A stretch of DNA of 30,885 nt from Terriglobia bacterium. Its GTDB lineage: Bacteria; Acidobacteriota; Terriglobia; UBA7540. Both the position numbers and the translations under genes were made by a program. How positions within the stretch are numbered: position 1 is the stretch's first letter; every line of letters begins with the position of its first letter. Of this stretch, positions 16,840 through 26,545 are shown one piece after another. The notes under the pieces were generated by a model. It saw nothing but the letters and a program-made list of their open reading frames with translations, searched no databases and was not told the origin of the DNA. The DNA lies in assembly GCA_030036915.1 (NCBI GenBank), contig JASHSC010000697.1, positions 1 through 30,885 of the forward strand, in the 5' to 3' direction.

Positions 16840-19158
16840 ATGGGTGTCTTTCGAGGATGGGTATTGCTCGTAGTCCTTTTCACCGGGCCGTCGATATGGG
16901 CTGCTGAAATCGCCCGGTGGGAGGCTGGCAAGGCGGGCGACTCCGCAGGAATAACGCTTGTCAACGCTACGAGCAACAAATGGATCATTACGCAACGGCA
17001 CACGTTCCAAGTTGCTGCCGTTGAGCCCACCCACGATTACTACCGTCGGGCGGAGTTCGTCGCGAAGCTCACCATGCCGGCGAGTTTCCCCGTGTGGTTG
17101 CAACTGGAATACCTCGACGAAGGTTATGGAGTGATTTCCGTGGGGCCGGCGGGCAGAAGGGGTATGCGCTACATCCCTTCGACGCATCAGTGGGGCGTGG
17201 CGAGGCTCAATACGGGGCGGCTTCGGCGAGCGATCTTTCGCATCGATGGTCCGCCTCCTCACTCACCCGCCGCTCCCGCTGCCGTGGGTACCCTCGATTT
17301 CCGCATCAACGGGCTTGAGTATCTGCACGCCATTCTTCTTGAGGATTCCCAGCCCAGTCCTGAACCTGTGCCTGACGTCAAGCCGGCGATTCAGTTTGAT
17401 GACGCTTTTCAGCGCGACATCAACATCGGCGCAGACTCTCCTCCGGGCGCAGAGGAGGAGGCCCTGGCTTCTGTGCGCAACCTGGCTCCCCTGGTGCGTG
17501 CCCTGGGCTTTAACGCGGTCGAGAGCTACGTCCAATGGAACTACGTCGAGCGCGAGCGTGGCGTCTATGACTGGAGCCACTACGATGCGATCGTCAACGA
17601 GCTTCAGAAGTATGGCTTGAAGTGGTTCCCCTTGCTGATTGTGGGATCGGCATACTCCTTGCCCGAGTGGTTCCACGATTCCAAGGAAAATGTGCCGTTC
17701 GAGTGTCTGGAGCACCGTATGACCTTCGACGTGCAATCGATCTTTGCACACTACCAGGATATTCACGTCCAGCAATTCCTCGGCGAATTCGCCAAGCATT
17801 ACGGCGAGAGCAAAGCGCTGCTGGGTTTGCGCTTGGGCCCCAGCGGAAACTACGGCGAAGCTCAATATCCCGCCAGCGGTGACCTGGGATATCGGAGGGG
17901 AGCAGTGCATACTCATATCGGATACTGGGCTGGCGACCCCTATGCCAGCCCCGCCTTCCGGAAATGGCTGGAAGCCAAGTACCACACCATTGACGAACTT
18001 AATCAAGCCTGGGACGATCATTTCACTTCGTTTGACCAAGTCCAAACATTCCTTCCCACCAGTACCCTTGTGCCTCGAAAGAAGCTCGATTTTGTCGAAT
18101 GGTACGTGGGCGCGATGAGCGATTGGTGCGGGCAATGGGCGAAGTGGGCACGGTCCGACATGCCGAACGCCTCCATCTATCAATCCTCGGGCGGATGGGG
18201 AGCAGCTCAAATTGGCACCGATTACACCGCGCAAGCGAAAACCATGGGGCAGCTTCACGGTGGAATCCGCTTGACCAATGAGGGTGACAACTATGTGGTG
18301 AACTTTGCCATCACGCGCATGGCGTCATCGGCAGCTCGGTTCTATGGCGCGAAGCTCGGATACGAACCCTCCAGCTACGCCACCAAGCGAGGCGTGGTGG
18401 CGCGAATCTACAACGTTCTTACCAATGGGGGCGATCATCTTTTCTATTACTCCAGCAACCTGTTTGGAAACGACCAGGGCACGGACGCCTGGCGGCAGTA
18501 TGCTCCCTTGCTCAACCAGCGCGCCAAGCCGGCCATTGAGGTGGCGGCCTTTTATCCTGATTCCTCGATTGACCTTAGCGACGACATGCTTCGCTATCTT
18601 GACGCTTCCGCTTATTTGACTCATGTCGAAGCGATGCGCTCGATTACCGACTTTGATTACGCCAGCGAGCAGATGATACTGGACGGCGCTCTGGATCGTT
18701 ACAAGGTCCTGATGTTTCTCGGCGGGTCCATCACGGAAAAGCGCGTGCTGGACCGGATTCACGCCTGGGTCAAGGCAGGCGGAACGGTGATTTGTCCAGC
18801 CGGAATTCATTTCCCCATCGGACTTCCGCAAACGGTGGAGGGTGACACCTCCGTTAATCAAGCCTGGCAGCAGGGCGACACGGGGAAGGGCCAGGTCATC
18901 TTCATTCCCGGTGAGATGACTCCTCCTGACCAGTACGTGGAATTTGCCCGCCAGCAACTCCTCGGGCTGAAGCAGCTTCGGCCGGAGATTCATCGTGCAC
19001 TTATGATCGAGAAGCCAAAGAACGTTTACTGGAGTGTCTTGGAGGGAGGCAAACTCGCGCTCTTGAATTTCACCGATACAGGCGTGCACCTTCACCTTGT
19101 CGGTGGCAACACTGTTTTCCTAGCGCCTTACAGCATTGCCATAGAATCAAAATGGTAG
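16840..19158 (+). CDS. Secreted glycoside hydrolase with a GH14/GH42-like TIM barrel and a C-terminal GATase-like domain
   Basis: Signal peptide MGVFRGWVLLVVLFTGPSIWA. Motifs LGFNAVESYVQWNYVERERGVYDWSHYD, LRLGPSGNYGEAQYP (beta-amylase-like GLGPxGELRYP), FRKWLEAKYHTIDELNQAW (GH42-like) and LDRYKVLMF...WVKAGGTVI. Confidence 0.75.
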   Translation: MGVFRGWVLLVVLFTGPSIWAAEIARWEAGKAGDSAGITLVNATSNKWIITQRHTFQVAAVEPTHDYYRRAEFVAKLTMPASFPVWLQLEYLDEGYGVISVGPAGRRGMRYIPSTHQWGVARLNTGRLRRAIFRIDGPPPHSPAAPAAVGTLDFRINGLEYLHAILLEDSQPSPEPVPDVKPAIQFDDAFQRDINIGADSPPGAEEEALASVRNLAPLVRALGFNAVESYVQWNYVERERGVYDWSHYDAIVNELQKYGLKWFPLLIVGSAYSLPEWFHDSKENVPFECLEHRMTFDVQSIFAHYQDIHVQQFLGEFAKHYGESKALLGLRLGPSGNYGEAQYPASGDLGYRRGAVHTHIGYWAGDPYASPAFRKWLEAKYHTIDELNQAWDDHFTSFDQVQTFLPTSTLVPRKKLDFVEWYVGAMSDWCGQWAKWARSDMPNASIYQSSGGWGAAQIGTDYTAQAKTMGQLHGGIRLTNEGDNYVVNFAITRMASSAARFYGAKLGYEPSSYATKRGVVARIYNVLTNGGDHLFYYSSNLFGNDQGTDAWRQYAPLLNQRAKPAIEVAAFYPDSSIDLSDDMLRYLDASAYLTHVEAMRSITDFDYASEQMILDGALDRYKVLMFLGGSITEKRVLDRIHAWVKAGGTVICPAGIHFPIGLPQTVEGDTSVNQAWQQGDTGKGQVIFIPGEMTPPDQYVEFARQQLLGLKQLRPEIHRALMIEKPKNVYWSVLEGGKLALLNFTDTGVHLHLVGGNTVFLAPYSIAIESKW

Positions 19159-19211
19159 CAACCTATTGTGGTAATTTTCGATTGAAGTTGATAACCACCT
19201 GACAGGACAAC

Positions 19212-19247
19212 GACCTTGGGGCCGGGTGCCTCCCGACCCCTCAGGTC
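19212..19247. terminator. Imperfect hairpin between convergent genes; possible bidirectional terminator
   Basis: GACCT-T-GGGG-CC-GGG / CCC-GA-CCCC-TC-AGGTC in the 112-bp gap between two stop codons. No strong U-tract. Confidence 0.4.
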
Positions 19248-19270
19248 TATATGGTTTCTCTCCGGTCGAT

Positions 19271-22200
19271 TTAGAACGTCAACTGCAAAGACATCACGAT
19301 TGTCCGAAGTTGGCTGGGCTGGTTGGCAGGATATCCTACAAAGCCAAAGCTGGGATCCGTGAAGCCAATGTCGAGGTCACCGTACCATTCCGGCGTGTTA
19401 AAGAGATTGCTGACATCGCAACGGTAGGTGAACTTAAGACGCTCTTTGACCGACCAAACCTTAATGGCGCTCGCATCCACGTGTTTCAATCCGACATAGC
19501 GAACCCCCGACATAATCGGTGACCACTCATAGAGCTGTCCAGGTACCTCTTGTTTCCAGGCGGGAGTGGAATCAATGGTACAGTCGTGATTTACCCCACT
19601 AAGGTCCGTCCAACAGGTGTTGAAATAGTGCTGGAGCGTCGGATTGGAAGTTCTCGTAGACGCACCAGTGGGCATAACCCCACTCGGCATAGGTACTGGG
19701 AAACCATCCTGTATGCGTGACACTGCATTTAGAGACCACCCATCGACCATGTGGCTCAGCACCGGATTGGTGTGAGACAGCCACCGCTTGCCAGGGCCGA
19801 ACGGCGCAAAATAAGTCATGCTGATGTGCGCTGACCGGGGAAGGTCGAATACTGTATAAGACTGTTGGGGTACGGAATCTTGCGGGTTTAGAAAGCCTAA
19901 AGCCTGCAAGGCCTTTGACCAAGTAAAGTTCGCATCGAAGACTAACCCCATCGATAGCCGCTTCTGAACATCGAACTGCAAACTATTGTAGTGCGATCTA
20001 CCAATGGAGTCATATAGCTCGGTAACTGACGAAAATTGTGGGAACGGGAGAAGCAGTTGCGAACGCGGAACCGAAGTGCCTGTCAGGAACGTGCCCGCGG
20101 TTATCGAGGAATAAGGAGAGGGTATGTACCCTAGGAAGGGGTTGGCAACTGCCGCGCTCAACTGACTTTCAGTGTACCCCCCCGGGTTGATGGTGAACTG
20201 GGGCGTGTAAGGCAAATCCGAAAGTGGAACGAAGTCGATGTTACGATTTATTACTAGCCGGGATGTTTTCGAACCGACATAAGCCAAGCTTATCAGCCAG
20301 TTTTGTCCGAAGGAGCGTTGAACTTCCAAGGAATATTGTTGGGTCCGTGGGATATCCATGTTGGGGTCTGGGAAACTCAATGCTGTCCCAAGGCCTCCCG
20401 CCAAGCCGTACCCGTCCCCTGCGATAGGTAGCAGGCCATTGGGAAACGGATTAGCCTGAGAGATGTTGGGGTTGAAGACGCCTGCTGCCCCAGGCACCGC
20501 GGTGAGGGATGTTTCTTGACTGAATCCAGGAGCGGCGCCTGGTTCAAGCATTTCGGAGGCGTAGATCACACCCCAGCCGCCGCGCAGCACTGTGTCGTGT
20601 GCAAAGTTGTATGCGAAGCCCACCCGTGGCCCAAAGTTGTCAAACTTACGATTGAAAATGCCACTGGGGGAACCCCCGTCGCCAGCATATGTCGGTCCAC
20701 CTTGGACCGTACCCAACTCCGGGATGAATCCGAGTGGACTCGTGCAAGTGGTACAGAAACCATCAAGTAGCCGGTTGTATTTATCATGCATGGGGCCTTG
20801 ATAGTCCCATCGCAGACCCATGTTGACGGTGAGATTTCGCCTCAGGTGCCAATCATCTTGGACAAACGCGGATTCCTGATGCATCCAATACTCTGGCAAA
20901 GCAGGTTCGTTGATGTAGCCGGAAATCGGGTACCCTAGCTCGAAATCTGCCAATCCATATCCTGTAAGACCAACCGCACCGAACGGGTTAGCCTCCGTAA
21001 AATACCCACTGTAGGTAAAACATCCATTGATACACCCTGGGCTCTCGACATAGTCACCGAGATCATACCGTTGCCAGCCAAACCGAAGATTGTGTTTACC
21101 TGTAGTATGTGAGATGACCGCCTCGTGAGTTAGGGTATCCGAGGCGGTGTAATTTACGGGGACCCCTCCTGCCATTGCCCCGCCGCTATTACCCATGCTT
21201 GATACATTGAACTCCGGGAATTGTTTGTAGGCCTCGCTTTCGTAAGTAGAACCGAACCCCAACGCCGCCGGATCGTACGCTACTCCGTCCGAATCCCCGC
21301 TGCCATTGGGGTAGCGGTTAAGACCGGTGCGGAGTGTAAGCACGGTGGAAGGGTTGAACGTGTGCGTCAGCTGCAATACGTACCGTTCTGTGGTTCGGTA
21401 AAGTGGATTATTGACGCTGGTCTCTGCGGGATTAATCCCCCCAACTGTCGAGTAAAAGTAACTCCGTGTTTCAGCTAACGCGTTTTCGGTATATTCGAAA
21501 AACGCCTGAGTTTTGTCGTTGAAATCCCAATCAAGGCGACCACTGTTTACAGGAAAGTAGTCTATGAACTTACGCGAGCTTGGGTTTGTGAACTGATTAC
21601 CCTGAAAAGTTCCGCAAAGTCCAGCCACACCCCCGGTCTGCCCGGATGTAACACCTGTAGGACACGTGGCCGTAACGCCCGTCGCGTAAGGAAGTGGGAT
21701 AATGGACAGGACCTTGGCGGCGATGGGGTTGATTTGTTCTACGACGTTCCCGGACACCAGCGGGCCATTCTGGGATCGGCAGGGGTTCGCCCCTGTAGAA
21801 ACTCCGCCTTGATTGTAGTAACAGGAAGTGGGGTCTGTATTCGAAGTGGTAGTTGCTGTGGTGGAGGGATCATAAAGCTGAATTTGCGGTCCGCAGACGC
21901 CATCGCTAACGCTGCTGCAGACCCCATTGAAATTACCTTCCCTTTCTGCCGCTGTGGGTACGGCGCCTAGAACTGAGTCACGCTGAACTTGCCAGTATTG
22001 ATAGTGATCGTAATAAACAAACATTTTTCCCTTACCGTGCAATGGTCCGCGCATGGGAACCGGTCCGCCAACTTCACCCCCGAATTGATTAATGTGTGTA
22101 GGAGACCGAGAAACGCCTGATTGAATGTTGGCCCAGCTGTTCGGCTGCAACCAAGTGTTCGTAATGTAATCGTAGCCGTGCCCGTGCCATTGGTTGGTTC

Positions 22201-22984
22201 CATGTTTGGTAATTTGATCAATACTTCCACCTGTGCTCCAACCGTATTCGGCGTCGAACATCGTGTCCTGAACTGTTATCTGATCGACGGTTGACGATGG
22301 GGGGCTATAGAAAACTTGGCCACCCGTACTCCCAGTTGCGGCGACACCATCGACAAGCACCTGATTTCCACTGAATTGAACTGTTTGGCCGGGTATTGTG
22401 CTACCAAACCCGGGAACACCAGATTGTCCTCCGTTGATTGTCAGCGATGTGGCTCCCCCGGAACCCCATTGCGAAAGGCTTTCCTCTGAATTAGCCTCGG
22501 TTACGCCGGGAGCAAACCAAGTGGCACTTAACGGTGTTTGAGTTATGAAGGCCTGCGAGGCCATTGCAGCTGGGCCAATATCCCAACCTCGATCCCCAGA
22601 CTCTTGTTGCAGTACTGGGGCGTCAGCCGTTACGCTTACCGTCTGCGTCACGGCGCCGAGTTGTAGATTGATGTCAATCACCGCCTTTTGGGCAACCGCT
22701 AGCTCTATTCCCTGCTGCTCGTATTTCTTGAACCCTTGCTGTTCTACCGTCAGAATGTAGGACCCGACCAGCACAAAAGGGAGTTGGTAAATGCCGGCTG
22801 CATCCGACTGCGCCATATAGACCGCTGCCGTTGTGGTAGAAGTCAATTTGATGGATGCCCCGCTGACCGCCGCGCCAGCGGGGTCAAGAATGTGTCCTGT
22901 GATGCTTGCTCCAATCTGCTGCGCGCAGAGTGGCAGTGGTAGAAAAGCCACAAACAACAGAAGTGCCCAGATCCTCTTTGTCAT
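19271..22984 (-). CDS. TonB-dependent receptor (carboxypeptidase-regulatory-like N-domain, Oar-like barrel; Acidobacteria type)
   Basis: Signal peptide, ASITGHILDPAGAAVSGA, plug-like INGGQ...NQVLVDG and TKHGTNQWHG, YVQDDW-like FVQDDWHL, DNFGPRVGFAY, and a C-terminal Phe (LQLTF). ATG 22984 is 6 nt after GGGAGG. Confidence 0.92.
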   Translation of the reverse strand: MTKRIWALLLFVAFLPLPLCAQQIGASITGHILDPAGAAVSGASIKLTSTTTAAVYMAQSDAAGIYQLPFVLVGSYILTVEQQGFKKYEQQGIELAVAQKAVIDINLQLGAVTQTVSVTADAPVLQQESGDRGWDIGPAAMASQAFITQTPLSATWFAPGVTEANSEESLSQWGSGGATSLTINGGQSGVPGFGSTIPGQTVQFSGNQVLVDGVAATGSTGGQVFYSPPSSTVDQITVQDTMFDAEYGWSTGGSIDQITKHGTNQWHGHGYDYITNTWLQPNSWANIQSGVSRSPTHINQFGGEVGGPVPMRGPLHGKGKMFVYYDHYQYWQVQRDSVLGAVPTAAEREGNFNGVCSSVSDGVCGPQIQLYDPSTTATTTSNTDPTSCYYNQGGVSTGANPCRSQNGPLVSGNVVEQINPIAAKVLSIIPLPYATGVTATCPTGVTSGQTGGVAGLCGTFQGNQFTNPSSRKFIDYFPVNSGRLDWDFNDKTQAFFEYTENALAETRSYFYSTVGGINPAETSVNNPLYRTTERYVLQLTHTFNPSTVLTLRTGLNRYPNGSGDSDGVAYDPAALGFGSTYESEAYKQFPEFNVSSMGNSGGAMAGGVPVNYTASDTLTHEAVISHTTGKHNLRFGWQRYDLGDYVESPGCINGCFTYSGYFTEANPFGAVGLTGYGLADFELGYPISGYINEPALPEYWMHQESAFVQDDWHLRRNLTVNMGLRWDYQGPMHDKYNRLLDGFCTTCTSPLGFIPELGTVQGGPTYAGDGGSPSGIFNRKFDNFGPRVGFAYNFAHDTVLRGGWGVIYASEMLEPGAAPGFSQETSLTAVPGAAGVFNPNISQANPFPNGLLPIAGDGYGLAGGLGTALSFPDPNMDIPRTQQYSLEVQRSFGQNWLISLAYVGSKTSRLVINRNIDFVPLSDLPYTPQFTINPGGYTESQLSAAVANPFLGYIPSPYSSITAGTFLTGTSVPRSQLLLPFPQFSSVTELYDSIGRSHYNSLQFDVQKRLSMGLVFDANFTWSKALQALGFLNPQDSVPQQSYTVFDLPRSAHISMTYFAPFGPGKRWLSHTNPVLSHMVDGWSLNAVSRIQDGFPVPMPSGVMPTGASTRTSNPTLQHYFNTCWTDLSGVNHDCTIDSTPAWKQEVPGQLYEWSPIMSGVRYVGLKHVDASAIKVWSVKERLKFTYRCDVSNLFNTPEWYGDLDIGFTDPSFGFVGYPANQPSQLRTIVMSLQLTF

Positions 22985-23005
22985 GCTCAACCTCCCGATT
23001 GAGAC

Positions 23006-23758
23006 TTAATATGACCCGGAGCCCGACGCAATTGTTGCAAGGCCATCTCTAGATGGCAGATTATGCCTGTCCTTTTCCGAAGGTTTTTCTGGGGGAATAA
23101 AGCGGTACCATTCATTCCATGAGTTCTTGGTATGGTGCTGGACTGCTTGCGTGACTTTTGACGGATCCGATCCCGCCAAGGCGTCGACCAGAATTTGGTG
23201 GGATTTCACCCGTTCCATCAGTGGGCACCTGTTCGTACCCAGCAGAACCATAAGAAAAGCAAACATTGGAGTGCAAAGCTGGGTAAGCATTCGTTCGAGG
23301 GTTTGATTTCCTGCCATCTTCCACACCTTCTCATGGAAGGCGCGGTCGTTACTCAAAACCTGGTAATAATCCCCTTTCTCGGCGCCGTTCTTGATGTTAT
23401 TCACCAGGGATTGAAGTTCATCAAGCTGTACCGGTGTTATCCTCCGATGGGCAAGCGCGAAAGCCATAGGTTCCAGTCGGACCCTGATTTCTACGATCTC
23501 TTTAACCCGCTTTTTGTTTAGCTGGGTTACATAGCTGGCGGTATGAGCTTTCTTGAAGATCAGGCCCTCGTATTCAAGAACCTGGAGGGCTTGACGTACC
23601 GTTGCTTGCGCAACACCTAGAGACCCTGCCAACGCGCGCTCCACCACTTTTTCCCCAGGCTTTAATCTCCCCGACAAGATCAGGTCTCTCAGGAAGTTCG
23701 CAACCTGCTCTTGAAGGGTGTGCGTTGGCACAAACCCGCTTAATACGCGATTTTTCAT
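23006..23758 (-). CDS. GntR-family transcriptional regulator (FCD/FadR-type C-domain)
   Basis: HTH ILSGRLKPGEKVVERALAGSLGVAQATVRQALQVLEYEGLI and FCD-type DRAFHEKVWKMAGN...SHQILVDAL. Confidence 0.92.
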   Translation of the reverse strand: MKNRVLSGFVPTHTLQEQVANFLRDLILSGRLKPGEKVVERALAGSLGVAQATVRQALQVLEYEGLIFKKAHTASYVTQLNKKRVKEIVEIRVRLEPMAFALAHRRITPVQLDELQSLVNNIKNGAEKGDYYQVLSNDRAFHEKVWKMAGNQTLERMLTQLCTPMFAFLMVLLGTNRCPLMERVKSHQILVDALAGSDPSKVTQAVQHHTKNSWNEWYRFIPPEKPSEKDRHNLPSRDGLATIASGSGSY

Positions 23759-23776
23759 TTAGGACGCCTTATGACT

Positions 23777-23790
23777 GATGATCGATCATC
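23777..23790. promoter_or_regulatory. Perfect 14-bp palindrome GATGATCGATCATC; candidate GntR operator
   Basis: Self-complementary; lies between the -10 box and the gntR start, over the predicted transcription start. Confidence 0.6.
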
Positions 23791-23792
23791 GT

Positions 23793-23820
23793 TTTATAAT
23801 CTTGCTGCCCCCGGTGTCAA
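23793..23820 (-). promoter_or_regulatory. Sigma70-type promoter for gntR-TBDR
   Basis: Minus strand TTGACA (23820-23815), 16-nt spacer, TATAAA (23798-23793). Confidence 0.7.
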
Positions 23821-24005
23821 GTACTTTTTTCGTGGACCCACCTTAATCGTAATAATGTAGATGCACCTGTGGGCGCTGTCATGCTGAGCCCGCACTTCAG
23901 GGCGAAGGAAAGGGCAAAGACGGTCTAATTTGAGGTTGGTTGCTGCTGAAAGAATCCTGCGCTCCTTAAAGCTTCCCCTTGGCGGAGATGTTCGAAGAGG
24001 CTCGC

Positions 24006-25997
24006 CTACGCGCTGAACTCGATCTCGGCAACACCTTCAGCGATTTGGCCCAGGTATTTACCATCCGCTCTGACATCCGCAGTCAGAGCGACGCGCGGCC
24101 TTCCCCTGTCCCAATCTTCAGGGACGGAAACGGAGAACGGCGCCGAGCCGTCCCGGCCGGCAGGAATAGTCAAGTCCAAAACCTGCGGTGAGGCTATCCA
24201 GCCTGATGGCAATCTCACTGATGCCTCCAGGTGCATGGAGCGCGAGCGGTAATTGCGGACCCGCAGTTCGAGCATCGCACTGGAGCCGACTTTGGCCCGA
24301 AGTTGATAGGGATAAAACCTGACCCAACTGGGATTCAGCCCAAAGTTGCAGTCCGCATCGGCAATGACGTCGAAGAAGTATTTTTGCTGATCGTCGATGC
24401 GCCTTTTGAGGCTCTCCAGATCGCTCTTATTACTCAGAAAAGGGCGGCCATGGCCGGGGGCAACGACGTTGGGTTCATGCTCAAGAATCGTCCGAATCGA
24501 TTTCACGTGGCTGTCGTTCTCTACCCAGTTGCGATAGATCACGTTGTGGCGGAGCATGCCGGAAGCGTTGGGGAGAGGGAAAAAGGCGTCTCCCGTGAAG
24601 GCGACTCGTGCTCCATCGATGGTCACAAACATGACCATCTGGTATTCCGTGTGGCCGGGGGAATGAAAAACCTGGAATTCGAATTCCTCCCATTTGAAAA
24701 TGTCGCCATGGTGAAAAGCGCGGTCAATCTTGATCGGTTTCTCAAACATGCAGCCCAGGTTGTAGCCCCAAGGGTTTTGAAGGACGTCTACCATGTTTTC
24801 ATAGCACCACACTTTCGTTCCGTAATGGCGCACGAGGTGCGGGAAGCCGCTCACGTGATCGTCGTGCGCATGGCTGGGCATAATGACATCGATCGACTTC
24901 AAACCGAACCGCGACTTGAGGTCCGCGAGATCATGTTCGACAAAGCCCAGACTTGGCGTATCGGAAACAAAACTCTGAAAGAAAGTGCTGCTGGGTAAAC
25001 CGTAATCAACAAAGAGCGCCCTGCCGCTGTCGCTGATAATGGCGTAAAAGCTCGAATGGGTCTGGTAGGAAGCCACCAGGTGCGGGCTGACGGCGTAAGG
25101 CCGGTTGTCGACCATGAGTTCCTTGGTGCTGTATGCTTTGAACCAACCCCGCAATTTGTGGATGAGGTCCGAAATCCCCGCCTCGGGCTGAGCGAAGGGT
25201 TCCCCGTGCGAAGGGCAGATCAGGTCCGGCGTTTGTTCGCCCAACCTGGTGAGCGACATGATCGCGCAATCAACTCCATCAGCGTCTTCGTAACGGTATT
25301 GAAGTTCGTATAGGTTCACGACCTTGCCCGGCGAGTGAATCAGGTCTCCCGAGAAGGCTATGTTCTTTCCGTCCACCATCCCGATCAAGCTGACCGAGCC
25401 GATGGTGTGGCCCGGGGTCGGAAATATCGAGAATTCACACTGTCCCCAGCGATAGAGGTCGTACCCCCGCAACACGCCGGCGACGGGAACATTTTCAGTT
25501 ACCGTGAAGAAGTCGTTCCGAACATAAATGTCCTGGCCGAAAACGCGCCGATTGCGCCAGAAGTTCTCCGCATCTTCGAACAGGTAGCGTTCATGTTCGG
25601 GGACCATGATGGGGATGCGCTCGGCCACCGCCCGCGCGTCGCCCTGGCATTGGTCGCGATGATGATGCGTGTGCAGGATGCCATCAACTTTACTGACCCC
25701 AATCTCGCCAAGCAGATCCAGGATGTGCCCCGAGCCAAAGTCGATCAGGAGGGCGCGACTGCCTTCCTTCACGACGTAAACATTGCACGTGTCGCGAAGC
25801 AGGTAAAGATGGGGAGAAATCTGGGTCAGCCCGCCCTGCGGAGTAAATTGTACGGAAGCCGGAATGGCCGAGGCCGAAGCCATCGGCAGTGACGCTGAAC
25901 CTCCCGCCAACTCGGCGGCCACGAGCCCGACGCTCGCGTTCTGAAGAAAGGCTCGGCGGCTGACATCCGTTCTTCTTAGGGTCTTGAGTTTTTGCAT
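24006..25997 (-). CDS. Tat-exported tandem metallo-beta-lactamase-fold hydrolase with a C-terminal Ig-like domain
   Basis: SRRAFLQ Tat motif and GGAGG RBS. Domain 1: LLIDFG, HTHHHRDQ, TPGHT, FSGDLI, CPSHG. Domain 2: LFVDYG, SHAHDDH, SPGHT, FTGDAF, APGHG. Confidence 0.88.
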   Translation of the reverse strand: MQKLKTLRRTDVSRRAFLQNASVGLVAAELAGGSASLPMASASAIPASVQFTPQGGLTQISPHLYLLRDTCNVYVVKEGSRALLIDFGSGHILDLLGEIGVSKVDGILHTHHHRDQCQGDARAVAERIPIMVPEHERYLFEDAENFWRNRRVFGQDIYVRNDFFTVTENVPVAGVLRGYDLYRWGQCEFSIFPTPGHTIGSVSLIGMVDGKNIAFSGDLIHSPGKVVNLYELQYRYEDADGVDCAIMSLTRLGEQTPDLICPSHGEPFAQPEAGISDLIHKLRGWFKAYSTKELMVDNRPYAVSPHLVASYQTHSSFYAIISDSGRALFVDYGLPSSTFFQSFVSDTPSLGFVEHDLADLKSRFGLKSIDVIMPSHAHDDHVSGFPHLVRHYGTKVWCYENMVDVLQNPWGYNLGCMFEKPIKIDRAFHHGDIFKWEEFEFQVFHSPGHTEYQMVMFVTIDGARVAFTGDAFFPLPNASGMLRHNVIYRNWVENDSHVKSIRTILEHEPNVVAPGHGRPFLSNKSDLESLKRRIDDQQKYFFDVIADADCNFGLNPSWVRFYPYQLRAKVGSSAMLELRVRNYRSRSMHLEASVRLPSGWIASPQVLDLTIPAGRDGSAPFSVSVPEDWDRGRPRVALTADVRADGKYLGQIAEGVAEIEFSA

Positions 25998-26067
25998 GGA
26001 GTCCTCCCCAAATCGCCCAAACAGAGTCGCTTACAAAATGACAGGTCCCCGCAGAATGTCGGGTGAG

Positions 26068-26095
26068 ATTTTACCTGAAGGCACGTCGCTGTCAA
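26068..26095 (-). promoter_or_regulatory. Sigma70-type promoter for the MBL gene
   Basis: Minus strand TTGACA (26095-26090), 16-nt spacer, TAAAAT (26073-26068), about 70 bp upstream of the ATG. Confidence 0.65.
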
Positions 26096-26192
26096 TGTCC
26101 TGAAACCAACCCGACCGGATTCGCAATCTTTGCCCGGAGAATAGTCGGCGGCATGATTTGGGGCATGGGAAACCGATGATTGGCCACCTGCT

Positions 26193-26540
26193 TCAAGTTC
26201 CTACTCCCTCCCGCTTCAGTTTGCGGACGTCCGAGCTCTCGATGGCAGGCTCTCGATCGCACTCGATTGCAAGAACCGTGATGGGACTGTCCGGCGCCTC
26301 GCGGGGCAGGCCGGTGAACCTGACGTACCAGTCCGTCTGCTCGAAGGCAACAGGCTTGCCAGAAGCGAACAGTCGCGCTGATTGGACCTTGGCGCGCAGC
26401 CCGCCAATAGCGGCCACGCAGGGCGGATTGAAGAATTCAAGCCAGTTGGATGCCGGCGTTTCTCCCGGCCAGGCGAAGATATGCATAAACAGTGTAGTAC
26501 CTCGACGGGTAAAAGTGGCATAGACATGAGCCGGCCCATA
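26193..26540 (-). pseudogene. C-terminal remnant of an alpha-L-fucosidase (GH29-like)
   Basis: The frame reads IYG...YATFTRRGTTLFMHIFAWPG...GGLRAKVQSARLFASGKPVAFEQ...GLPREAPDSPITVLAIE, the typical GH29 C-terminal beta domain. The catalytic barrel is absent. Confidence 0.7.
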
Positions 26541-26545
26541 GATTT

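Noticed and set aside
17263-19095. 331-aa and 256-aa minus-strand ORFs
   Set aside because: Antisense shadows of the motif-supported glycoside hydrolase.
24231-25892. 255-aa and 185-aa plus-strand ORFs
   Set aside because: Antisense shadows of the MBL gene.
24006-25997. Antibiotic-resistance metallo-beta-lactamase
   Set aside because: The MBL fold is shared by many hydrolases; the double-domain 663-aa architecture and PUL context do not fit B1-B3 enzymes.
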